Shown: positions 11,287-21,858 of the stretch, piece by piece
Numbering within the stretch: the first letter of the stretch is position 1
Layout: each line of letters starts with the position of its first letter
NCBI RefSeq assembly: GCF_006345805.1
Contig: NW_021835878.1
Span: 1 to 36,960, forward strand
Reading direction: 5' to 3'
Source of the DNA: Octopus sinensis
Taxonomy: Eukaryota
DNA length: 36,960 nt
Notes under the pieces: generated by a model
The model's input: the letters and a program-made list of their open reading frames with translations, nothing else
What the model was told of the DNA's origin: nothing
Databases searched by the model: none
Program-made: the position numbers and the translations under genes

Positions 11287-11660
11287 GGTGCAGGAGTGGC
11301 TGTGTGGTAAGTAGCTTGCTAACCAACCACATGGTTCCAGGTTCAGTCCCACTGCGTGGCACCTTGGGCAAGTGTCTTCTACTATAGCCTCGCGCTGACC
11401 AAAGCCTTGTGAGTGGATTTGGTAGATGGAAACTGAAAGAAGCCCATCACATATATAAATATATGTATGTGTATATGTTTGTGTGTTTGTGTTTGTCTCC
11501 CCAACATCGCTTGACAACCGATGGTGGTGTGTTTACGATCCCATCATTTAGCAGTCTGACCAGAGAGACCGATAGAATAAGTACTAGGCTTACAAAGAAT
11601 AAGTCCTCAACTAAAGGTGGTGCTCCAGCATGGCCACAGTCAAATGACTGAAACAAAATA
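11015..11660. mobile_element. SINE 3' half on minus (11015-11270) abutting a full SINE on plus (11288-11660)
   Basis: Same family; the two 3' halves form an inverted repeat. Confidence 0.8.
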
Positions 11661-11794
11661 AAAATAAATATTTATATATATATATATAGATTCTATTTTA
11701 ACAAAACTGTCCGACAGACGGAAATGAGAAACTCTGAGTAACAGCTTTTGTTATATTTCTGCTGCTTTTAAATAAAGTATATATATGTATATAT

Positions 11795-11932
11795 AAGGTT
11801 GTCCCAAAAGTTCGTAGAAAGTCTTGGAAAATAATGGTCTTTATTTTGAGGAATAATTTTTGTTGTTTTTGTTAGTACTTGGCGAGTAAAAATTCAATTT
11901 TCGCAAGTGTTTACGAACTTTTGGGACAATTT

Positions 11933-11933
<1 letters not shown>
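11795..11933. mobile_element. Tc1/mariner-like MITE
   Basis: 18-bp TIR ttgtcccaaaagttcgta / tacgaacttttgggacaa in TA context. Confidence 0.65.
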
Positions 11934-11987
<54 letters not shown>

Positions 11988-12080
11988 ACAAACGGTAAAA
12001 TTAATTCATTAAGAAGTAATCAATAATTTCATCAAGTAGAATTCGGTATGAAAAAAAGAGCATTGCATGGTACACTTAAT

Positions 12081-12415
12081 ATTCAGCAAAGATTTGCTTT
12101 ACCACATACCGAAGTTTAGATATAGCAGTCAAAAAATCTTAGCTATTTCTTCTACTTTAAAAAGGGACTCCCAGAAAATCCAAAATACTTGAAAGTAATT
12201 CACACAGGCAGAGAGGAAAGGTAACGAAAATCAATCAATATCTGGTCATCCGTGATATTGATTGATTTTTTGTTGCTTTACTCCCTGCCTGTGTGGATTA
12301 CTTTCAAGTATTTTGGATTTTCTGGGAGTCCCTTTTTAAAGTAGAAGAAATAGCTAAGATTTTTTGACTGCTATTTCTAAACTTCGGTATGTGGTAAAGC
12401 AAATCTTCGCTGAAT
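12081..12415. repeat. Long foldback, about 162-bp arms, 11-nt loop
   Basis: 12081-12242 is a near-perfect reverse complement of 12254-12415. Confidence 0.92.
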
Positions 12416-12442
12416 CCTTTTTATTAAGTATATATATATATA

Positions 12443-12678
12443 TAGCGGTACATATGTTTCTGGCTTTATTGGACAATTTATATCAATGCATAATTGATGT
12501 AACATGTAGGTCAGTAGCCTTCTTCAGCCGCATACAATTACCACACCAAAACGGCCATGTAATACATGTCTTTGGTGTGGTAATTGTACGTGGCTGAAGA
12601 AGGCTATTGACCTACATGTTATATCAATTATGCATTGATAAAAATTGTCCAATAAAGCCAGAAACATATGTACCGCTA
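12443..12678. repeat. Long foldback, about 108-bp arms, 20-nt loop
   Basis: 12443-12550 versus 12571-12678. Confidence 0.92.
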
Positions 12679-12987
12679 AATCCTTTGCATCTTATTTTTC
12701 TTTTGATAAATATACCCTATCACCTACACCACTAACTGGCATATACAGGTGCTTACAGTTATCAAGTATTCACCCTGAATTTTGTACCCTATATATATAT
12801 ATATAATATATATATATAATATATATATATATATATTCGGTTAAGTAATTGAGATTCTAGTGAATTCTAAAGAATTCACATGAATATGGTCCTTAACTAG
12901 GATGCACCGGAAATCTATATGGTGTTAACCATACGACAAGTGGGGTGATTACAAATAGGAAAAAAGCAACAAGAATGGATTAAAATC

Positions 12988-13071
12988 TCGGTACGATCGT
13001 TTCGTACGAGGACATCTTTAATAAGCTACAAAAAATGCAGTGAATACAGATGGCTCATACTCGTCAGCCGA
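12988..13071 (-). ncRNA. Type I hammerhead ribozyme motif (left arm of inverted repeat)
   Basis: ucgg-CUGACGA-GUAUGAG...CUCGUAC-GAAA-CGAUCG-UA-ccga. All core nucleotides present. Confidence 0.8.
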
Positions 13072-13375
13072 AAAAACATCAGAGAATTCCCAAACATCAA
13101 AAGGGGTAGATACAAAAGAGGTTGTAAGATTAGCTGCATTGAAGAAAGTTTGCCTCTTACTCGGATTTCCAGAAATTTTGCATGACTGTATCCGAAAATT
13201 TCTTCACACAACTTGATCAAATATTCAATATGAGCTATATGTAGACATGCACAAATTCTGTAAGTTTAAAACCTTTCATCGGATCTCCTTGAATCGAACT
13301 TTCTTCAATGCAGTTAATCTTACAACCTCTTTTGTATCTACCCCTTTTGATGTTTGGGAATTCTCTGATGTTTTT

Positions 13376-13459
13376 TCGGCTGACGAGTACGAGCCATCTG
13401 TATTCACTGCATTTTTTGTAGCTTATTAAAGATGTCCTCGTACGAAACGATCGTACCGA
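13376..13459 (+). ncRNA. Type I hammerhead ribozyme motif (right arm of inverted repeat)
   Basis: ucgg 13376-79, CUGACGA 13380-86, stem II GUACGAG/CUCGUAC (7 bp perfect), GAAA 13444-47, CGAUCG, UA, ccga. Predicted cut after 13455. Confidence 0.82.
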
Positions 13460-13510
13460 GATTTTAATCCATTCTTGTTGCTTTTTTCCTATTTATATAT
13501 ATATATATAT

Positions 13511-13929
13511 AACTTATAAATAAGGGCAAAGGAAAAAATTTCTAATACCAAATATGCCGAAAATTGGACATATTGTCCATTTACCATATAATTTTTTTCC
13601 CAGTACGCACACTACTCGAAAAAAGGTCGACAGAAATCTCTAAAAAAATTCCATTAATACCATATCGGACCGATATGATAATATGGGTATGAGTAAGTAT
13701 CTCATTTACTTCTTTGCCACATGTATCACTGACGAAGGGAGGGTTCTTTTTGAACTAACCCTGAAATCAGTCCGATATGGTATTAATGGAATTTTTTTAG
13801 AGATTTCTGTTGACCTTTTTTCGAGTAGCGTGCATACTGGGAAAAAAATTATATGGTAAATGGACATTATGTCCAATTTTTGGCATATTTGGCATTAGAA
13901 ATTTTTTCGTCTGCCCTTATTTATAAGTT
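13511..13929. repeat. Inverted repeat with about 160-bp arms and a hammerhead core in the spacer
   Basis: 13511-13670 versus 13770-13929. Confidence 0.88.
13724..13777 (+). ncRNA. Degenerate hammerhead motif in the spacer of an inverted repeat
   Basis: uauca-CUGACGA-AGGG...CCCU-GAAA-UCAG-UC-cgaua. Confidence 0.55.
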
Positions 13930-14208
13930 GTTTATAATTTAACCTTTAAAGGTATTTTTTAATATGCTGGCCATTGATAAAATTTTTTTCGAAAAAATTT
14001 TATCCTACATTAGATATATATATATATATATACGTTTATATATTTGTTGTGCAAGATTTTTTATGTGAAGTCGTGTTTTGAAACAGATATTGTTATATTT
14101 AGGAATGGTCATTTTGCCAGTTTAGCCAATAAAAACACACGCACTATATATTTGGTGTTACTTTGCTTCAGTGTTATTTATTTTTTACATTAATCTTAAT
14201 CTTATTTC

Positions 14209-14252
14209 GGCCAGAGTTCTTTCGTCACACTCCTGTGACCGCATCAGTGGTC
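14209..14252 (-). ncRNA. Degenerate hammerhead motif (A9>C) between inverted repeats
   Basis: gacca-CUGAUGC-G-GUCAC(aggagu)GUGAC-GAAA-GAAC-UC-uggcc. Confidence 0.5.
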
Positions 14253-14491
14253 CTTTGTTTTCTTCTTTCTTATTGGCTAAACTGGCAAAATGACCATTCC
14301 TAAATATAACAATATATGTATATTTTTATTTATTTTATTTTTTATTTTATCTAGTTTCAGCTCACGAGCTCTGGCCATGCTGGGGCACCGCCATTTGGTG
14401 TTGCTACATGATTTTACTTCACGAATGCTTTTTAGCAACTGCCATTTGATGCATGAGAGAGTTCGATGCAGCTGCCCTCATCTGCACCTCC

Positions 14492-14526
<35 letters not shown>

Positions 14527-14620
14527 TATCTACATTATGTTTCAATCAGTTTATCTGTGATAATGGCAACAATGAAAACAACAGCAATAGCTAAAACAAC
14601 AATGACAGTGTGGTACGAAC

Positions 14621-14740
14621 CGTGTCTGACGAACAAACGGCCAGATTTGCTACCAAAGCGGTGGCCATGGTCAAGACTTCCTGTTGCCAAGTGCTGCCCT
14701 TTAGCAGGGAGTTGATGTTCTGGCCACATGCCATGTCTTT
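14621..14740 (-). CDS. Exon H: KDMACGQNINSLLKGSTWQQEVLTMATALVANLAVCSSDT
   Basis: Acceptor gtgttctttcag, weak donor gttcgt, 120 nt, phase 0/0. Confidence 0.82.
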
Positions 14741-15097
14741 CTGAAAGAACACAACAACAACAACCACAACAACAACAATAACAATAATGATGAAAAAAGT
14801 TAATAACAAAAAAAAAAAGAAAAACAGCAACAAATAAACAAAGGAAAAAAATTAATAAAAGAAAAATCAAAAAACTAAAAAAAAAAAAACCAAAATAAAA
14901 AGAGAGAAATTGTAATAATGGTTTCAGATTTTGGCACAAGGCCAGCAATGTTGGGGGAGGGGATGAGGCGATTACATCAACCCCAGTATTAAACTGGTAC
15001 TTGTTTTATTGACCCTGGAAAGGATGAAAGGCAAAGTTGACCTCGGCGGGATTTGAACTCAGAACATAAAGATGGACGGAATGCTGCTAAGCAGTTA

Positions 15098-16207
15098 GGG
15101 GGTTACAGTCAAGGGGTTTGCAGTCGAGGGGCTTGCAGTCAAGGGGCTGATAGTTGAAGGGCTGTCAGTTGAGGGCTGACACTCAAGGGGCTGACAGTTG
15201 AAGGGCTGATAGTTGAAGGGCTGACAGTTGAGGGGCTCGCAGTCAAGGGCTGACAGTTAAGGGCTAACACTCAAGAGACTGACAGTTGAGGGGCTGACAG
15301 TCAAGAGGCTTTCAGTCGAGGGGCTGGCAGTCAAGGCGCTGACAGTTCAGGGGCTGACAGTTAAGGGCTGACACTCAAGGGGCTGACAATTGAGGGGCTG
15401 ACAGTCAAGAGACTGACAGTCGAAGGGCTGACAGTTAAGGGCTGACAGTCAAGAAGCTGACAACCAAGGGGCTGACAGTGAAGGGGATTTCAGTCAAGGG
15501 GCCAACAGTCAAGGGGCTGACAGTCAAGGGGCTTTCAGTTGAGGAGCTGACAGTTGAGGGGTTGACAGTAAAAAAGCTGACAATCAAGGGGCTGACAGTG
15601 AAGGGGCTTTCAGTCAAAGGGCTGACAGTGAAGAGACTGGCAGTCGAGGAGCTGACAGTTAATGGCTGACATTCAAGGGGCCGACAGTCAAGAGGCTTTC
15701 AGTCGAGGGGCTGGCAGTCAAGGCGCTGACAGTTGAGGGGCTAACAGTTGAGGGGCTGCCAATCAAGGGGCTGGCAGTCAAGGGGCTGACAATCAAGGGG
15801 CTGACAGTGAAGGGGCTTTCAGTCAAAGGGCTGACAGTGAAGAGACTGGCAGTCGAGGAGCTGACAGTTAATGGCTGACATTCAAGGGGCCGACAGTCAA
15901 GAGGCTTTCAGTCGAGGGGCTGGCAGTCAAGGCGCTGACAGTTGAGGGGCTAACAGTTGAGGGGCTGCCAATCAAGGGGCTGGCAGTCAAGGGGCTGACA
16001 ATCAAGGGGCTGACAGTGAAGGGGCTTTCAGTCAAGGGGCCAACAGTCAAGGGGCTGACAGTCAAGGGGCTTTCAGTTGAGGAGCTGACAGTTGAGGGGC
16101 TGGCACTCAAGAAGCTGACAATCAAGCGGCTGACACTGAAGGGGCTTTCAGTCAAGGGGCCAACAGTCAAGGGTCTGACAATCAAGGGGCTTTCAGTCGA
16201 GGAGCCT
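15098..16207. repeat. GC-rich 15-bp minisatellite (consensus aaggggctgacagtc) with a 209-bp higher-order duplication
   Basis: Roughly 70 degenerate units. gctgacagtgaagagactgg recurs at 15621 and 15830. Confidence 0.92.
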
Positions 16208-16479
16208 TCATGTAGTTCTCAAGGAGATTCAGTGTGACACAGAATGTGACAAGGCTGGCTCCTTTGAGACACAGGCAGAGCAAGAAATAAAGTGTCTTGC
16301 TCAAGGATACAATGCGTCGCCCGGAATTGAACTCACGACCTTACAATCATGCGCCGAACGCCCCTAACCACTGAGCCACGTGCCTTAACAACTCATAAAA
16401 AAACAATTATTGCGAGACAAAAAAAACAACGAAATGCTGAAAAAGAAGGACCGGGTGCAGAGTAAGGGGCCATGGTTAC

Positions 16480-16554
16480 CTGTATGAGTTGGTGGCGACA
16501 CCAGTTGTTGCTCGCGGAAATGTAGGTGAGTATTTTTACTGCGGCTGATTGCAT
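16480..16554 (-). CDS. Exon G: MQSAAVKILTYISASNNWCRHQLIQ
   Basis: Acceptor cttcgtttacttccag, donor gtaacc, 75 nt, phase 0/0. Confidence 0.88.
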
Positions 16555-16883
16555 CTGGAAGTAAACGAAGGGGGGGGGGAGAAAAGAAGGTGAGAAAATT
16601 GCGCGCGTGTGTGTGTGGGGGTGGGAGGAGAGTGGTGCGTGGGGATGGGGGTGAGGGAGGGTGGTGGTGGTGGTGGTGGGGGGGGGGAGAATGCATGTAG
16701 TTGTAGTTGTTGTTGTTGCTCGTTGCTGGTATTTTTGGGGTTAGAGAATTGGGGTGTGTGTGTGGGGGGGGGGGTCAGCCTTATTTTGGAGTCTCTTATT
16801 TCTGTGTATGACCCTAGCATACACACACACATATATATGCATACATATATTATATACATACATACATATACATACATTCATAC

Positions 16884-16928
<45 letters not shown>

Positions 16929-17422
16929 TATATTATATATATATATACACACACCATATATATGCAATATACACATATATATATATATACACACACAATA
17001 TATATACAATATACACATATATATATATATACACATGCATATATATATATATGCATAAATATACATATATACATACATATATATATATATATGTATACAT
17101 ATATATATACATACATATATATATACATACATCTAATATATAAAATAGAGATGTGTGTGTGTATTCGCTTTTCAGGTGAAGATGGCTTCACCAATTGATT
17201 CCATACACACACACACACATACACAGATATATACATAGATCGTTGCTATATATATATACATATATATATATATAAATATATATACAACATTTCAGCTTGT
17301 TGGGTACATAAAATAGCAACTACCTGCATGTATGATATTTTCAGTCAGAAATATTTTTGCAAAACTGTCCTACGAGGGACTAACTACACTTTTGAAAAAA
17401 TGCTAAACAGTTCTACTACACT

Positions 17423-18150
17423 TTAACCCTTTCGTTACCAACCCGGCTGAAACCGGCTCTAGCTCTGAGTACAAATGTCTTGTTTTCATAAGATCTGAAT
17501 TAAAATCTTACACCAAACCTTAGTCACAATTTATGTTCCTAACACTAGCTTAATGATAACTAAGTTATTTTACTAAATTCTTTGTTATATTTAAAGTAAT
17601 TGAAAGAAACACAGAGCATCTCAACAGAAATATGGTAACAAAAGGGTTTAAATATATAGAGAAACAATTTTTAACCCTTTTGATACCAACCCAGCTGAAA
17701 CCACCTCCGGCTCTGTAGTACAAATGTCTTGTTTTCATAAGTTCTGAATAAAATCTTCCACCAAACCTTAGTCACAATTTATGTTCCTAACACTAGCTTA
17801 ATAATAACTAAGTTATTTTACTCAATTCTTTGTTATATTTAAAATTAATTGAAAGAAACACAGAGCATCTCAACAGAAATATGCTAACAAAAGGGTTTAA
17901 ATATATAATAGAGAAACAATTCTTAACCCTTTTGATACCAACCTGGCTGAAACCACCTCTGGCTCTGAGTACAAATGTCTTGTTTTCATAAGTTTTGAAT
18001 TAGAATCTTCCACCAAACCTTAGTCACAATTTATGTTCCTAACACTAGCTTAATGATAACCAAGTTATTTTACTAAATTCTTTGTTATATTTAAAGTAAT
18101 TCATAGAAACACAGGGCATCTCAAAATAGATACGGTAACGAAAGGGTTAA
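17423..18150. mobile_element. Three tandem piggyBac-like MITE units (17427-17646, 17675-17895, 17927-18146)
   Basis: TTAA-CCCTTTCGTTACC ... GGTAACGAAAGGG-TTAA outer ends; each unit has CCC/GGG termini. Confidence 0.8.
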
Positions 18151-18573
18151 CAATCTTCATATCTTGGCATCTGAAGCAGCTGGAGATACATGAGACATTT
18201 TGTCCAAAATAACCAACTACTGCCAGCAAAATTAAATTCTGAGAAAAATGCATTTGGCCAAATTTGGACAGACAACAGTTGAAAATAATAGCAATGATAT
18301 ATACACACGTGTATATATATTTCTGAGGGGTCCAAAAATGTACAGTAGAAGACACCCGCCCAAAGTACCATGCAGTGGGACTGAACCCAGAACCATGTGG
18401 TTGGTAGGCAATCACGGAGTGGTTGGCGTAAGGAAGGGCATCCAGCCGTAGAAACACTGCCGGATCTGACTGGGCCTGATGAAGCCTTCCGGCTTCACAA
18501 ACCCCAGTTAAACCGTCCAACCCATGCTAGCATGGAAAACGGACGTTAAACGATGATGATGATGATGATGATG

Positions 18574-18608
<35 letters not shown>

Positions 18609-18830
18609 TATATATATATACATACACATATGTATATATATATGTATGTATATATATACACATATATATATACATATATATATGTATATATATATATGTA
18701 TATATGTATGTATATATATATATATATATGTATATATATGTATAATGTATGTTATATATATATATATATATGTATGTAATATATGTATGTATATATATAC
18801 ACATATATATATACACACACACACATATAT

Positions 18831-18872
<42 letters not shown>

Positions 18873-18995
18873 CATATGTATATATATATATATATATGTG
18901 TGTTTGTGTATATATATATATATATATATATATAATTGTATAATATATGTATATGTATGTATATAATGTATGTATATATATATATGTATATATAT

Positions 18996-19028
<33 letters not shown>

Positions 19029-19201
19029 CATCATCATCATCATCATCATCGTTTAACGTCCGTTTTCCATGCTAGCATGGTTTGGACGGTTTAACTGGGG
19101 TTTGTGAAGCCGAAGGCTTCATCAGGCCCAGTCAGATCCGCAGTGTTTCTACGGCTGGATGCCCTTCCTAACGCCAACCACTCCGAGAGTGTAGTGGGTG
19201 A

Positions 19202-19510
19202 TTTTATGTGCCACCGACACAGGTGCCAGACGAGGCTGGTAAACGGCCACGCTCGGATGGTGTTTTTTATGTGCCACCGACACAGGTGCCAGACGAGGCT
19301 GGCAGACGGCCACGCTCGGATGGTGTTTTTTATGTGCCACCGACACAGGTGCCAGACGAGGCTGGCAGACGCCACGCTCGGATGGTGTTTTTTATGTGCC
19401 ACCGACACAGGTGCCAGACGAGGCTGGCAGACGGCCACGCTCGGATGGTGTTTTTTATGTGCCACCGACACAGGTGCCAGATGAGGCTGGCAAACGGCCA
19501 CGATCGATGG
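19202..19510. repeat. Tandem array of about 63-bp units (5 copies) within an RTE 3'-UTR repeat
   Basis: tatgtgccaccgacacaggtgccaga at 19205, 19268, 19331, 19393 and 19456. Confidence 0.92.
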
Positions 19511-19676
19511 TGCTTGTTACGTGCCCACAGCACGGAGGCCAGTCGATGCGGTACTGGCTACGGCCACGTTCGGATGGTTTTCTTATGTGCCACGTGCCAC
19601 CGGCACTGGTACCACACAAGATACAAATTCCATTGATGTTCATCTATTTTGATTTGTTTTGGTATATATATATAAT

Positions 19677-19733
<57 letters not shown>

Positions 19734-19760
19734 CATATATATATATATACACCACACACA

Positions 19761-19793
<33 letters not shown>

Positions 19794-19833
19794 TATATAT
19801 ATATATATTATATATACATTGTGTATATATATG

Positions 19834-19867
<34 letters not shown>

Positions 19868-19938
19868 ATATCTATATATATAATACATACATACATATAT
19901 ATATATATAATACATATATATATATATATATATATATG

Positions 19939-19998
19939 TATTCTTCATATCAAAATGATAGCTTGCTATAGCAAGCTATCATTTTGATATGAAGAATA
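19939..19998. repeat. Perfect 60-bp palindrome with no spacer
   Basis: tattcttcatatcaaaatgatagcttgcta|tagcaagctatcattttgatatgaagaata. Confidence 0.97.
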
Positions 19999-20032
19999 TT
20001 TATCATAAAAAATAAATTCTACAGGTACTGAC

Positions 20033-20220
20033 CTGAGGTTCTGTAGAATTTAGGAATAAGAAAATCTGAGGTAGGGCTTGAACCCTCTGACTGTCGACAA
20101 TGATGCTGTGAGTTTCTTTGTCCTTCGCTATAATACACAGAGTCTTCATGGCAACCAGTGAAACAGCGCCGCCTGAATGGCAGAGATTGAGGACCGGAAG
20201 TAAGGCACCGTCTTGCAGGA
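20033..20220 (-). CDS. Exon F: (V)LQDGALLPVLNLCHSGGAVSLVAMKTLCIIAKDKETHSIIVDSQRVQALPQIFLFLNSTEPQ
   Basis: Acceptor gttttcttttcccag, donor gtcagt, 188 nt, phase 1/0, ARM-like helix pattern. Confidence 0.9.
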
Positions 20221-20404
20221 CTGGGAAAAGAAAACATGAATAGGAATATATGAATAATAGGGAAAAATTAAGAGGGAGTGTATGTGTCCCAGAACCGTCC
20301 CAACACTAGACCCTTTATTTCAGATCTCACCTTAAAAATCCAACAATTGTTTCAATTACATTAACACACATGTAGCCACTACACACATTTTTTCTCTCCT
20401 TGTT

Positions 20405-20442
20405 TCTTTCTGTCGAAGAGCCTAGGCTCGAAACGTAAAAGA
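20405..20442 (+). ncRNA. Minimal hammerhead-like motif, variant core CUGUCGA
   Basis: ucuuu-CUGUCGA-A-GAGCC(ua)GGCUC-GAAA-CG-UA-aaaga. Same family as 1641. Confidence 0.55.
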
Positions 20443-20531
20443 TTTTTTCTATTCCTGAGCGTTATACTAATACATCTGTTTGTTTTCTACACCACCTGTC
20501 TTCGTCTTTTGTTTTTTTCGTGAATTCTCCC

Positions 20532-20576
<45 letters not shown>

Positions 20577-21326
20577 ATGTATAGATATGTGTGTATATAT
20601 GTATATATAAATGTATGTGTATATATATATATATAAAGCACATAAAAAGCACCATCCGAACGTGGCTGATACCAGCGCCGCCTTGACTGGCTTCCGTGCC
20701 GGTGGCACATTAAAAGCACCAGCCGATCGTGGCCGCTGCCAGACTCCCCTGGCACCTGTGCCAGTGGCACGTAAAAAGCACCCACTACACTCGCGGAGTG
20801 GTTGGCGTTAGGAAGGGCATCCAGCTGTAGAAACACTGCCAGATCAGACTGGGGTCTGGTGTAGCCTCCTGGCTTCCCAGACCCCGGTTGAACCGTCCAT
20901 CCCGTGCTAGCGCGGAAAACAGACGTTAAACGATGATGATGATGATGATGATATTGATATATCTTCACCGTTTTCGTGCTGTTGGCGTTTCAGCATTTCA
21001 GTCGATTGTAATGGCTTTAATGTGGTAACATCTGAGATTTTGTCATGGTATATGCTTGGCTGATGAAGATAGAACAAGATTATGGGTGGTAGACATATCT
21101 TGCAAAACCTGAAACCTGCAGGTACCACATTATCCTTTTCCAGGTATTTCATCTTTCAGATGTTCTCCCTGGAGGTAAGACAATTTTTTCTTGTTTGTTG
21201 CACACACGCATTTTTGCTTATACATACGCGGTGAAGCTATACATTAGCGTCGTATTATTACGTTCGCTATTTCCAGTAAATATCGGTACTTTGTTGTACC
21301 ATATACTTACTACTACTTTTGTGTAT

Positions 21327-21385
<59 letters not shown>

Positions 21386-21419
21386 TATATACATATATAT
21401 ATATAAAATACATGTGTAG

Positions 21420-21788
21420 GCGTAGGAGTGCTGTGTGGTAAGTAGCTGGCTTACAAACCACATGGTTCCTGGATTCAGTCCCACTGCGTGGCACCTTGGG
21501 CAAGTGTCTTCTGCTATAGCCCCGGGCCGACCAAAGCCTTGTGTGTGGATTTGGTAGACGGAAACTGAAAGAAGCCCGTCATATATATGTGAGTATATAA
21601 TAATAACAATAGCTACTAGACACATTTTTTTCTCTCCTTATTTCTCTCCTTGTTTCTTTCTGTAGAAGAGCATAGGCTCGAAACGTAAAAGATTTTTTCT
21701 ATTCCTGAGCGTTATACTAATACATCTTTTTGTTTTCTACACCCCTGTCTTTGTCTTTTGTTTTTTCTGTGAATTCTCCCTATATATA

Positions 21789-21858
<70 letters not shown>

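Larger units (their letters stand above)
12953..13494. mobile_element. Inverted repeat with about 198-bp arms, each carrying a hammerhead (Penelope-like inverted pLTR remnant)
   Basis: 12953-13150 versus 13297-13494. Confidence 0.8.

Noticed and set aside
12590-12625. ggCTGAAGAAGGC hammerhead-like start in the foldback (mirror at about 12515-12528)
   Set aside because: There is no matching stem II 3' strand followed by GAAA, so the motif is incomplete.
13026-13220. 64-aa ORF as a Penelope GIY-YIG/RT remnant
   Set aside because: No recognisable RT or GIY-YIG motif. The Penelope link rests on hammerhead architecture only.
16570-16775. G-run clusters (also 22112-22130) as G-quadruplex regulators
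   Set aside because: They are low-complexity, lie on the non-mRNA strand, and there is no evidence of function.
18474-18500. CTGATGA-AGCC(ttcc)GGCT in the RTE 3' UTR repeat (also 19110 and 28120 on minus)
   Set aside because: It is followed by TCAC rather than GAAA, so it is only a hairpin, not a hammerhead core.
20971-21108. Apparent extra minus-strand exon (FCKICLPPIILFYLHQPS…QHEN) with ag/gt ends
   Set aside because: Its phases (2 to 1) do not fit between exon E (ends in phase 1) and exon F (starts in phase 1), so it would frameshift. E and F join cleanly without it.
21161-21175. Plus-strand microexon-like ttcag|ATGTTCTCCCTGGAG|gtaag
   Set aside because: No other plus-strand exons were found to link it to; it may be chance.
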